DNA of 64,000 nucleotides, from positions 1,178,001 through 1,242,000 of the forward strand of contig JBLDXI010000020.1 in assembly GCA_047495785.1 (NCBI GenBank), read 5' to 3'. The number at the start of each line of letters is the position of its first letter. Position 1 is the first letter of the stretch. Position numbers and translations under genes: made by a program. Source of the DNA: Lepidodermella squamata (lineage: Eukaryota > Animalia > Gastrotricha). Under the pieces are notes generated by a model. The model was not told the origin of the DNA. It was given only the letters and a program-made list of their open reading frames with translations, and made no database searches. Shown here in pieces: positions 48,592 to 60,216 of this stretch.

Positions 48592-50439
48592 ATGGAGGAG
48601 CAAGTAAGTTCCTTTCTTCTCGATTCTCGAAAATATTCTCATAATTTCTATTGCTGACTTCAGTGGTCCAAGATTATTTCTCTTCCTGACATGACCGTGG
48701 CGTTGGCTGCATTGTCAACGCTCTTCGGTAATCATGCTGTTTTGTCAAAGCAAGAAGTAGATTCAAACGAATATACTATCCAGTTCAAAAAGTATGGATT
48801 GTCTCATTCCCAGTTTGGTTGGCATTGCTTATATTCGTATGATTACCTAGGTTTGTTAGTGCTGTTAATTGCATTAAAGATGAAGCGATACGCATTTACG
48901 ACGACCTCTCATCGACGCTGCCCCACATATTCGCCTATTTTTACTTAAACTTGATCCTCTCGGACCACTCAACAGCCGGTTTGTTAACATGTGTGCAATT
49001 AGAAACACATTAATTGGTGTGTTTTAGCTGAGCGATTTATCAGAGATTTTGGATCTATCGTTAACAAATATGACCAATCTATTGTTTCTCAACTGTCTTC
49101 TGTGCGTTCAGCTGAGGAGGTACGAAAACTAAAAGAGACAAACGTTTCGTTGACGGGCAGAATTCGCCTGTGCCTGTTAACCGAATCAGTCGATCGCTTG
49201 GTGAAAATTCTTGAGGCAAACAAGTTGTGGCTAATTTATGCCGCAATCAACTCTCGGTTCTTCATTGATCAAGCTACTTCGCATGAGCTTGGAATGATTA
49301 AAAGCGGCAACGAATCATGTCTTCAGCAAAGAAATAATGAAGATTCGCGAGGGGAAAAGAAGTTTACAAATGGCCACGCTTCTTTCGCGACAGATTTTCA
49401 ATCGGCTGCTGCTGCCATTCGAAAAATGTCGCCTTCAACTCCGCCGATTAGACTTATTACTGTCGGAAGTGATGATGGTTTTGCGCCTGCTTGTGGCATG
49501 TTTTCAACATCTGGCGAAGTTTGCGCGAGTCTTCAGTCCAGCAAGAAAATTTCCATTATTCCCACCGTGCAAGGCGTCGATGCCTTGTCGATTGAAAAGA
49601 TGGACCTAATGGCGTTGCAGGACCCTGTGACAAGTTTATCATTCGTAAATGACGATTCGATGCTGATAGCTGCAGCTGGCTGTAGTCTAATTTATTGGAA
49701 TCTTTCGCCCTTTTCTGCGGTGAAGCAAGCGTCCAAAATTCCTGCTTGTGCTTCGTTGACAAATCAACCGATCTGGACACTCAACGCTTCGCCCTTGAAT
49801 TTATTTTTGGCAGCTGGCTGCCATGATTCGTCGACTAATTTACTAGACTTGTCTAATCTCAACTCGCCATCGTCGCTTGTACGAATTTTCATCGATCTCA
49901 CACCGACGGCGGCGAAAGCTCCCGTCACAGCCGTTGCTTTTCACCCGAATTGTGCTTATCTAGCATGTGGCCACAGCAATGGCTCAATTATCATGTGGGA
50001 CATCAATGATGCAGCCCCCGTTCGCAGATTTCAACCTGTAAGCATGGTTTTTTTTAATCTTTCGATTCATTTAATTAATGATTGTTTTGTCTAGCCGGTG
50101 AATTCGTCGATTGCCGCTCTCAAATTTACGCCTGATGGAACGAAATTGCTCTCTCTTGACGATAGTGGTACTCTATTAGCGTGGGATTTGAAAGCGACGA
50201 CTAATAGCCCGGTTTCGACTCATTCCACCGGCGTGATTAGGCCTGCGCCGTGTCTTCCGATTTCCGCTGATTCATCGCTGGTCTGCGTTGGCGGTGCGAA
50301 TAACAAAATTGTTCTGATTCCAGTGCTTTCTCAAGTGTCCAGTGAATTCACGACTGTGAAATTGCCCCGGTCTACTGTTTTAGACGCCGACTTTCGGCTG
50401 GGAAACATCTTACACGTGCTTGCCAAAAGTGAAAAATAA
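48592..50439 (+). CDS. TAF5/TAF5L-like WD40 protein; exons approx. 48592-48603, 48664-48791, 48851-48978, 49028-50037, 50095-50439
   Basis: NTD2-like helices (LSSTLPHIFAYFYLNLI...AERFIRDF); WD40 repeats PIWTLNASPLNLFLA, VAFHPNCAYLACG...MWDI, LKFTPDGTKL...AWDL resembling the TAF5 family. Confidence 0.75.
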
Positions 50440-50619
50440 CAACGAACTAGTCCTATCGCTAGACATTTATTTCTGTTGAAACATTTACGCGGTAATAAAA
50501 TTGATAGAAAAGAAGGCTCGATGGTTTTTTCCACTGTCAGTTTTGTCACCATGAGTCATCAAAAACACCACATTTTATCATCACCTGTTCATAATGTTTT
50601 GCGGTTTCCAGAAAACACA

Positions 50620-53375
50620 TCAGGTTTTGTTGATGTTAAGGCGACCGCGCAGGGCTTTGCGGTTGTCGAAAAGCGTGTACGCTTGAAGAATGATGGCGAA
50701 TGTGCCAGAAATGCACGCGGCAGCGAAAATGTAAAGCAGCAACCGGTCGACCACGCGTGCAACGTACTTCCATTCGTCGTGTTTCTAGAAAAAAAATAAC
50801 GATTAAATATTAATGAAAATTATGATTAAATAATAATTCGGAGGTTGGAAAGCAAGCGCCATAAGCTTCTAGAAAATTCGAAACCGCAGTACCTTGATTC
50901 CTAACTTGATGATAGTGCGTTAGTGGCCTATTGTGCTAATTTCTTACAAGCCACAAAAAAGAAAATTGGGTGATCAGCAGAATAAATAATGATTATTATC
51001 TATCAAAATATTGGACTGAAAAATGCGAATTTTCTGAAAATGGCCGAAATCCTAAAATGACTCTGTTTGCAAAAAACTGACCTTTTTAGTTTCACTCTGA
51101 CGCTTCAGCCGTTTCGCAATGTAGTCGACATCGTTCAGCGCAGCTTGGAGCAGCATCATCATCGGCCGAGGGTTCGGCGCTTGGGTTCCAGCCAGCTTTC
51201 CACGCCGCTTCTCCTCCATTTTCGACACGTAATCATCGTCCAATAAATAGGATGGCGCTTTTTTCACCGAGGGTTTTTCTTCGTTCTCATCGCCGCTGTC
51301 TTCGCTAGCTTTCGTGTCTACACGAGAGAAAAATAGGTATATACAAGACAATTATATAGGTACATAAAAATTATCGAATTTGCAAGCGGCTTCAACTTAT
51401 TATAAACACATACAGGTTGAAAAAAGCAGGGTGAGCTTCAAACCCGCGTTTTCTTGCAGGAATTTAATAGAATAAATATTAAGGGAATTCCGAGAGTGAT
51501 GAGAAATGGGCCTTACTTGTAGCTGTAACTGCGCCGATAAAAGCTGCTGCGCTTTGATCGAAAATCGTCGTCCGAAAGCGCATATTTTCCGCGGTTGGTT
51601 CCTCCTGGTCTCGATACATTTTCATGCCGAGAATGCGAGGCAGAATGGTAAGAAAAATGACGCGAATCCACTGCGGCATTTTCCGAAATTCCGGTGAGAA
51701 GTAATGAACTGTTAGAAATAGTGTTCATTAAAGTTTGCTGATAGAACCTTGCTGAACTTACTATTTAAAACAACCACTGAAAGAATGATAGAGAGGGTGA
51801 GTAAAATCAGAGTGAAGAGCAGGTATTTCGCCATGAGAGGGATGACTCGTGACGTCGGAGGAATAATTTCGTTGAGGAGCAGCACGAACACAGTCAGCGA
51901 GACGAGGATGCTGATACCCATGTTGATCTTTTGCCGAGTATCGGCCGGCAAGTAAAACGTGAATATCGACAAAAACCTGTTGAGTAAAACAATCAGAATA
52001 TTCGAATGAAATCCCGTGGAAGTAAAATTACGCCATGATAACGCAAGGAAACAGCATGTTGACGGTGTAGAATAAAGTTTTCCGTCGAATTTTAATCTGA
52101 AAGGTGAGATCGGTGTATGGCTCAGGGCAGCAGTGGTAGTAGCGATCGCTACGAGTCGCGGGAACCGCAAGCAGATCCCACTCCCCGGATTCGTAGTAAT
52201 CGCCTATGTCTATTGCTTCTTCAATTGAACCGGGGCCTTCGGTTTTCGCATTGAGGTGAATTAAATTGAGCTGATAGCCGTCTATTGATAAAATATGTAG
52301 TCATTACTAGTAAACTTTAGAGCTATCGATTAACCGTAAGTCCAGCTGCCGAATTTCAACGAGCAAGCTTGTTCGTCGAAGGGAAAGTATTCTTTTATGC
52401 AAAGTCAAATTCAATGAGGATATCCATTCATCTCTGTTACAAAACTCACCAATATTTATCTCACTGTAAAAAAATTTAGGGAATAAATTGATGCTTCAAG
52501 GCTTGATTTATTGAAGCTTACCAAATAGAGCGGAAAATAGCTGGTGGCTCCCAGAGAATAGTTCCATTATTATGCACCGTTGCTGGAAAATATTAATTGA
52601 TAAAATAGACGAAAGGGGAAGTTCCAGCTTACCTTTGGCTTTGAGACGAACTTCGAAGTTGCCATCCGCCGAATTGTACAGCACGATATCGGGAAGCCAT
52701 AAAAATTGCGCTGAAGGAAAATGTCAAAAATAAAAAATTCTATTAAAAGTAAATCCAGGCAGTAGTCGGGCATAAATGAAGACAGCGCTAAAGCCTTTCG
52801 ACGCTTCGTAAATTATCATGATAAAAAATGCCCCGAATTCTACTAATTTCTGAAATCTGAACATTTCAATTTTGACGGCTATTCCTATACTTAACTTGGG
52901 ACCATTGTTGAAATTTCGAAAGCTGCAACTCACCTGGTATCCTAATTTTTTCGATCCCACCGAAGTGCTGAGGGTTCCATTTCAATCTGACGTCTAGCCA
53001 TTGATGCTTCAACCAGGCATTTGTGGATAGAACCTGGTTACGTTCATCCTAAAATTCAGTATGAGAAAATCGAAGTTAACATATTGCTCTCATTTCTATG
53101 GCGAAACTTGCCAAATCGATCAGCTGCGTGAGTGAAAGTCCGATGCGAACCTTTTTTTAATCATGAATAATTTTAATATTTCTCAAATCGAAGGATCAAA
53201 AACTCACAGTAAGTAAGTCACTGACGTTACTAACAGGTCGAATCAACCTGTTGTAGGCTGAAGGCCGTTCGAAGAGGTATGCCAATAATCGCCGCATATC
53301 TTCGTTGGCAAACACCGCCAACGGTCCAAACGCGACGTAGAGGATAAAAGTTAGAAACGCTATAAATCTCGCCAT
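50620..53375 (-). CDS. Nicotinic acetylcholine receptor alpha-type subunit (multi-exon, including a 14-nt micro-exon at 52463-52450)
   Basis: Signal peptide; YNRLIRPV; [13 protein letters not shown]; Cys-loop [15 protein letters not shown]; FGSWTY; loop [10 protein letters not shown]; [10 protein letters not shown]; M1-M3; M4 [14 protein letters not shown]. Confidence 0.95.
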
Positions 53376-54778
53376 CTTTCTCTGTCTAGGCTACTCGATT
53401 AAAATGACACCGCTCGACCATGCCGATGTCGCAAGCTAAAATAAATAACATTTTGGGTAAATAGTAAACAGGATCAATTTCGAAGTTGAATTATATTGAA
53501 AATGATAGATTGCAAAATTATTGCATAGACGCTGCTACTATTCGTTCTTATTGAATTTGTACCGAATCGGCTAAAACTATGCGCCTATTAGGTAATGAGC
53601 GCAAATAATGCGAACATTTTCCTGTGATGTTGTAAGAAATGTTTTACAACGCAAAAAGTTTTATTCACTCGTCTCATCTACGCGCAGTACTTAGTATAGC
53701 AAAGAGAGCGAGAGAGAGAGGGCGTATTAATGCGCGGCGGCGGCAATGGCCGCGATTTGACGATGATAAAAATGATAAGGAAATACTACTTTCTTGGGCT
53801 GATAGTACAAAATCAAAATTGTTGCTCCTGCGATGCTCGGCCGTGGCTATCGCGGCTCGCTGCGATCGCGAAGAAAATGACAGGCTGATGCTATTACCGA
53901 GGCGCAGCGGCGGCGGCGCGGCGTCCAAGTTCTAACGTTGTTTTGTAGAACACGGTGGCTAATAGTAATCGGCGGGGATTATTAACCAAAAATAGTGCTA
54001 TACTGGACGCGAGCTTTTTATATACATACAACAAGAGATATATCATCTATAGAAAACAAGCTGTAATATGTTGTAGCAGTTTTTCGGTCGGTGATTGGAC
54101 AATCTGCCTTACATAACATTTTTGCGGCTGCTAGTTTTAAAAGGCAAAACGCATATGCTAATGATGCTTCATCGCCAATCGAAATCGCCGGCATCAACAG
54201 ATGTAAAACAATACGCGAGACATCGCCATTGTGTGGTGGCTATAATCAGCTTGTTTTCCAGCTTGCTTAGTGCAAAACAAGCAACAATTACACTTAGATA
54301 TCCGCGTGAATCATCCTTGCGATGTACTTACCCGACGCATACATAGCGGAACAGTGCGAACAGCAAGGCAAAGTTCACGCTTAGAAATAGATACGCACCG
54401 CTGCTATAGTAGCACTGATTGCCGCTGGTACTCATCTCTCTGCTCGAGGCCATGCAGGTGTTGCTTTACTTATACAGTAGTACAAATAAGCAAATCGAGA
54501 CGTGTTCGGGACATAAACCGTTTCCCGTCAAAAGATGGATAGCTTTTATTCGCAACACTGAGATCTTCTGTTTATTTTTGCTCACGTATCGAACATACAA
54601 ATATTTGCTCACTCACATTTACGGTAGGTATATTGTATCACAATTTTGATCATGATCATCACAGCATAAATTAAATAAAAAATAATATCGAAATCATAGA
54701 AAACAAAAAAATCGGTGATTTGTTTGTTCTCCATGAGCAAAATCGATGTAGTTTTTGGCACAAATTTCACACGGAATT

Positions 54779-57134
54779 TCAATTCCTACTATCTTTATTA
54801 CGATCTCGCTCTTCTGCCCACAGTTTTTTAAGCCGTTCCGTCGTATCAGCACTCGAGCAAACGCTGGTTTTAATCGTTTGATTCGCAATAGCCATCGTGG
54901 AAAGCTGTTTAGTAACCCCAGTCGTTGTGACTTTATTCGGGTTCCACCGCGATAGCAGACTAGGCGGCAAATTTTCGACCAAATCGAAGCGGAACAGTCT
55001 GTTACTCAAATCTACCGACGCCGTGATAATTTGATTAATTGATTCAAAATGAGCCAGGGCGTACAAAATGCGCCCATCGGCTGTTAGGCGTAGAGCCGGC
55101 GGCGCATTTTCAGCTAAAATACCGCGAGATTGCCAAACGTAGCCGTTAGGCAGGCGGAGGTGGGTCAGTCGACGCGAATAATTGTCCCGATCACACAGCA
55201 ACAACGCTCCATCTGGTAGGCCGACAAACGCAACGGACGGCCATTGATCGAAGATTTCGACAAAAGCGAAATCTGACCCAATGTCGAGGCTGTTGAACTT
55301 CCATTGAACATTCATACTCGCGCTGGATTCGTCGTAGCGGATCAGAGCAGCGAAATTTAAAGCAGTAGTAGGTGAAACGGTCTGAGTTTCCAAAATTATC
55401 CGGTCATTTTCGATTACGCTGAATTTTCGCGTAGAAGCTGGTGTTGGGACAAGGGTCAAATTCGCCGAAATGACCCAGGTAAAGACATTTCCGATACTAG
55501 TCAGATTTCCAGTCGATAATATCATGATATTTCCACATTCAAGTAAAATGCTTAACATATGTCGATTAGACGATGCGGCCATGGCAATTACAGGCGATGA
55601 GACCGGCCACGATGACTCAGCCTTTCCATCAATTTGATCCTGTTGCTGCGTAGTCGCGGCTAGCATACCTTTCGGAGCTTGAGGTGGTGGTTTAATCGCG
55701 GAATAAACGACTATCGAGCAGAGCTCAGGCCACGCAACTGCGAATTTCGAGTCGGAAATCCAAGTGCTGATAGGGGGCCGTTTCGAATGATAGGGTGCAA
55801 TGTTGACGAGGGATGGCAGGCGGTCAGCGATTCCAAGAGGCATGAACTGGGCCTGGCGATGTTTGTGAAGATTCTGGCGAAGCGCGAAATAATTTGGTGA
55901 TAAAACGTGATTTGCACCCAGGCAAAGGCCATCGCCAGACTCTGACGCTTTAATAAACTGATTCAAGGTACTGGAAGCTGAAGAATACAAAAAATTATAT
56001 TCAGAACAATCAATTAAGGTAATTACTTACCACTTAAAACAGGGTATTTGAAGCGCATTGATAGGCTGCAACTGGGGATTCTCGGCCGTTCTGGCTCAGT
56101 TGGGGCAGGCGGGGCTGGTGGCTCGCCTGCTTTCGAAGCCTGTCCAGTGCTACCGGCCACGGACGGACCGGACTGGTGTTGGCTCGCAGCGGCATTCGAT
56201 GGCGGGGCGACGGAACTAGCGGCAACAGATGCGGGTATGCTATCCATACTTTCCGATATAATCGAAGCCGGAACTTGCTGACCTGGAACCGGCGATTGAG
56301 AGTTGCCAGAGCTCGACGCAGCAGCGGCGACGAGAATCGCATCCAATGCCCTGAACCAAGCGTCGCTTTGCAGCAGATAAATTTCCATACATCGGCTGTC
56401 GTCACTGGCTGCAAAAAAACCTGTTTTCCTCAATTTCGTGTTTTTCACAAATCAGTACCTGAATGAGCAATTGCTAAGAATTCGGCTTTTGGAGAAATGA
56501 GGCAGTCAGAAGCGATTGAATTCTGGAAAGTGATTTCCTGTTGGGTCAGAACGTGTAACTTCGAGTTTAACACGCCAACTATCGTCATTAATGACTGATC
56601 GTTTTTATTAGTCAAGACTACAACGAGGAAGCGCGTCGGAGAAACTTCGTAACTCTCAACTTTCAAAACGGTTTGGTCACCTTAAAATATATTCCATGAG
56701 CTTCAGAACTCAATTAAACGTCAATGTTTACCTAAAGGTAGAGCATCAAGCTTGACCATTTCGTAGAAATCCCATAATACCAAATGCTGATCAGTTGAGA
56801 AAAAGACGATAAGCGATCCACCAATGGGGTATAACGGCATGACGGCTTTCGAAATTGGCTCATCGTCGTCAACTTGCTCAAGGCATGACAAATCAGTCAG
56901 CTGCTGTTTCGACAGTCGCATGCTGCGAGCTTGGGCCAAAGCGGCCGAGTCAACCTGATCACATGCGTTACCTATCAGTGATTCGATCGTTTTGTTGATA
57001 AATCGGAACGGCTGGGGTAGCTCGTCAAAGAATAAATAAGGATCGATGCCGTTAACCGTAGCCGAGGCGTCAAGTCCTGCCGAGTCCCTGTCATGCTCGG
57101 CTGACTTGTTCTTTTTGTTGTAATGGATCATCAT
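54779..57134 (-). CDS. WDR93: WDR93 (CFAP297)-like WD-repeat ciliary protein; exons 57134-56732, 56680-56459, 56408-56031 and 55977-54779
   Basis: N-terminal DPYLFFDELPQPFRFINKTI motif recalled as characteristic of WDR93; degenerate beta-propeller; splice phases agree. Confidence 0.7.
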
Positions 57135-57248
57135 CTTTAAGCAGTTCTAGATTTAACTGAGGAAAAACAACCGAGTTTATTGCAAGTGGTGAGCAGTGCT
57201 TATAAAAAACAATTGAGCATTGCATAATGTCAGAAGTTGGTAAACGTT

Positions 57249-58067
57249 TTAATATTGATCGAAATCGTTTGAGAGGCTCAGAGGCTTTGCATAGGGTGAA
57301 TTCAAGGAAATCGCTGGCGAAGGCACTGGACGACGGACAATGGGAACGTTATCTGAGTTGGCCGAAACAGCTACTTCCAAGCGTTCCAGTCTGCGCAAAA
57401 TATCGCCATTTTCGACGAGCTGTTGAGCTTTTTCTGCTGTTTTCAAAATTGAATCAAATCGGGACGCAACCAATTCCAATATAGCAGAGGCATTTTCCAA
57501 GCGGCAACACGCCTTGGCAATACGGTCGTCAACTTCCGTAATGGCCTTGGTTTGATCAGGCGACAAATGCGGCTGGCCCAGATTTTCATCGGTATCGCTT
57601 TGCGAGTTCAATTTGGGTGATTGAGCGGAAGAGGACTTAACTAAAGTCTTTCGCGGCAACACTGCGTTAGGGGTGGGATGAGCATGTGCCGGTCCGAAAT
57701 GCTTTTGCACATATTTCAGGATGCTAAGGCAAAACATCACCTTGTGCTCTGGTGCGAAACCCCGTTGCAAGAATTGAGCTGGAGTGAGAGGGATTACTTT
57801 GAACTGGAAGAGCGTGCGTGCAAGTTTGAAAACATTTTCAACGAATTTTTGGTCACTAGCCACGCTCAACATGATTCCATTGTCAATCACGCGTTTCGCT
57901 AATTCCAATGAGTAATCCAGCAGTGCAAAATGAAGGATGGGAAGCAGAGGTTCGCAATAACCGCGCATTACATCTTCATAAGCAACGGTTTTTGTGTACT
58001 TCATTCGGCGCAATTCGGACTGTAGAGAAGAAACACTGTTCTTCAAATCACCGGCTTTTGGAAGCAT
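57249..58067 (-). CDS. CEP44: Centrosomal protein CEP44-like (single exon)
   Basis: GDLKNSV..LQSELRRMKY...LLPILHFALLDYS...SDQKFVENVFKLAR..F...LTPAQFLQRGFA.EHK, followed by a coiled coil. Confidence 0.85.
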   Translation of the reverse strand: MLPKAGDLKNSVSSLQSELRRMKYTKTVAYEDVMRGYCEPLLPILHFALLDYSLELAKRVIDNGIMLSVASDQKFVENVFKLARTLFQFKVIPLTPAQFLQRGFAPEHKVMFCLSILKYVQKHFGPAHAHPTPNAVLPRKTLVKSSSAQSPKLNSQSDTDENLGQPHLSPDQTKAITEVDDRIAKACCRLENASAILELVASRFDSILKTAEKAQQLVENGDILRRLERLEVAVSANSDNVPIVRRPVPSPAISLNSPYAKPLSLSNDFDQY

Positions 58068-59209
58068 AGTAACGACAACAAAGTATAATAAAACAAAAAT
58101 CTAATAAAAAAGTATGATCGGCCAATCAAAACTGTGATAGTGGCGAAATTCAATGAAAAAACCCGCAACATCAGGTTGTGCCCACATTCAGGCAATGGGA
58201 GCATCTTCGTCAGAGCAAAATCAAGCAGTCTTGTTCTCATAGAAGGATCATATGTCAAGCATCGGGATTAAAACTGCCCCACCATTTGAAGTTCGAAGAG
58301 CCTTCTATTGCTACAATCTGTTTACAGCTCGCCGCTGAATGTCGTACTTGTGTTATAAGTGAAACTCAGGCCACTTACGCAAGACACAGGACGATGCGGA
58401 GGAAGGATTCTACCTCTTGATTCTCAAGCTTACTAATATCTGCGGTACATTCAGCTTGACAACAGATGGAGTTAGCTTCTAGTTTCAACAGGATTCCCAA
58501 TAGGATTTCAAGGGAAGAGGTTTGCGGAAGGGGCTTCGCGACCGCGGGAAAACCACGCTTCTTAACAACGTCCAAGGACGCTTGTAGTAAAGTATAACTG
58601 CAAATTACGTTTATGAAAATTCAAGATAAGTATTATTGATGGATAAATAAATTGGTTGAAGTATTTATTACAGATGACCCGCGAAAAACTACTACTTGGT
58701 TGGCTAGTTCGGCGACGAAGCGGACATCGTACGTGACGCTGGGGTGAGTCAATCCTTCTCGTGGTCGTTGTGTAGCTTCGCGAATGGCTTTTAGCAATTT
58801 CATAACGGCCACCGGTCACCATCGTTCTTAGAAAACTATGGAGATACTTCGACTTGTTGTAATACGAATTCAATCGTTAATCGTAGGCTAAGGGCGAGCT
58901 GGAAATTTTCAAGTGCCTAAAGTATTCGTTGATTGATAGCAATGGTTTAGCTCAAACTTTATGTTTTTGTGGGATAAGTATGCGTAATAGTATACCCAAT
59001 TCCACTGTTTGATTTCTGTTCGATATTCGATGGTGCTTCCAGTTAAGTGAATGGGGTTATGTCTTATGTCGATTGTTAGGAGAGGCTCTCTTCTATCTCT
59101 TTGTTGCCAAGATCAGTCTATTTATTTGGAATGAGGTCATGACTTAATTGTTGGTAATACGATTAGATAATTACTTACCACTGAAATACCGCTGGTAATT
59201 AGCATACTG

Positions 59210-59866
59210 ATGGGTAAGTCTTTCACATCTTGCTGAGGGCAAGCTATTAATTTGATGTGATTGCTTACAAGGGAATCTCTTTGGTCGAATTTTCTCTGCC
59301 CTATTCGGAACTAAAGAGAGGCGAATTCTGATTTTGGGGCTGGATGGCGCAGGGAAAACAACAATCCTCTATCGTTTACAAGTTGGCGAAGTTGTGACTA
59401 CTATTCCGAGTTTGTGATTTACGCTATGTTTTTTTCGTTACTTTATTCGTCTCTTTTAGCCATCGGATTTAACGTTGAGACGGTGCAATACAAAAATCTG
59501 AAATTCCAAGTATGGGATCTTGGCGGTCAAACCAGTATTAGGCCTTACTGGCGTTGTTATTACGCAAACACTGATGCTATCATCTACGTTGTTGATAGTA
59601 TGGACAGAGATCGTGTCGGCATTTCAAAGCAAGAACTGCTCTCTATGCTCGAGGAAGAAGAGCTGAAGAGCACCCTTTTAGTTGTTCTGGCAAACAAGCA
59701 AGATCTTCAAGGCTGCATGACAGTTGCAGAAGTAGCTCAATCCCTCGGCCTATCAGCTATTAAAAACAGGAGGTATCAAATATTCAAGACTTCCGCCGTG
59801 AAAGGCGAAGGTCTCGACGAAGCGATGGAGTGGCTCACAACCACGCTAACGGAAGCTAAGAAATGA
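59210..59866 (+). CDS. ARL1: ADP-ribosylation factor-like GTPase 1; exons 59210-59213, 59272-59409 and 59460-59866
   Basis: MGNLFG...[62 protein letters not shown]...NKQD; Gly2 myristoylation site. Confidence 0.97.
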
Positions 59867-60216
59867 TTGTGTTATTGACGTACGCATTCCCGTTAAAATA
59901 TTTGTCCACCTACTTTACTGCTTGCTTGCTTGAGAGTAAACTTTGTATAAAACTTGTGTGTAGGAAATATCTTATTTTGAATGTTGTGTAACAAGAGGGA
60001 CGCATCTGGTCTACAGTAAAAAAAATTAATTGAACCACTGACAGTGTTGTTCATCATTCGGCTGCTTTCTTCATGATTGTTTAAAAAATTATTATCTATA
60101 AAATCTGATATAAACTATGTGCCTGTTGGGCTCTTTCGAAACCGGAAACTCCCGAAAGAAAGAATAACGGAAGAAAGGGAATTATTGCTTGGTTCGGTCT
60201 TTTTTAGGATTTTTTA

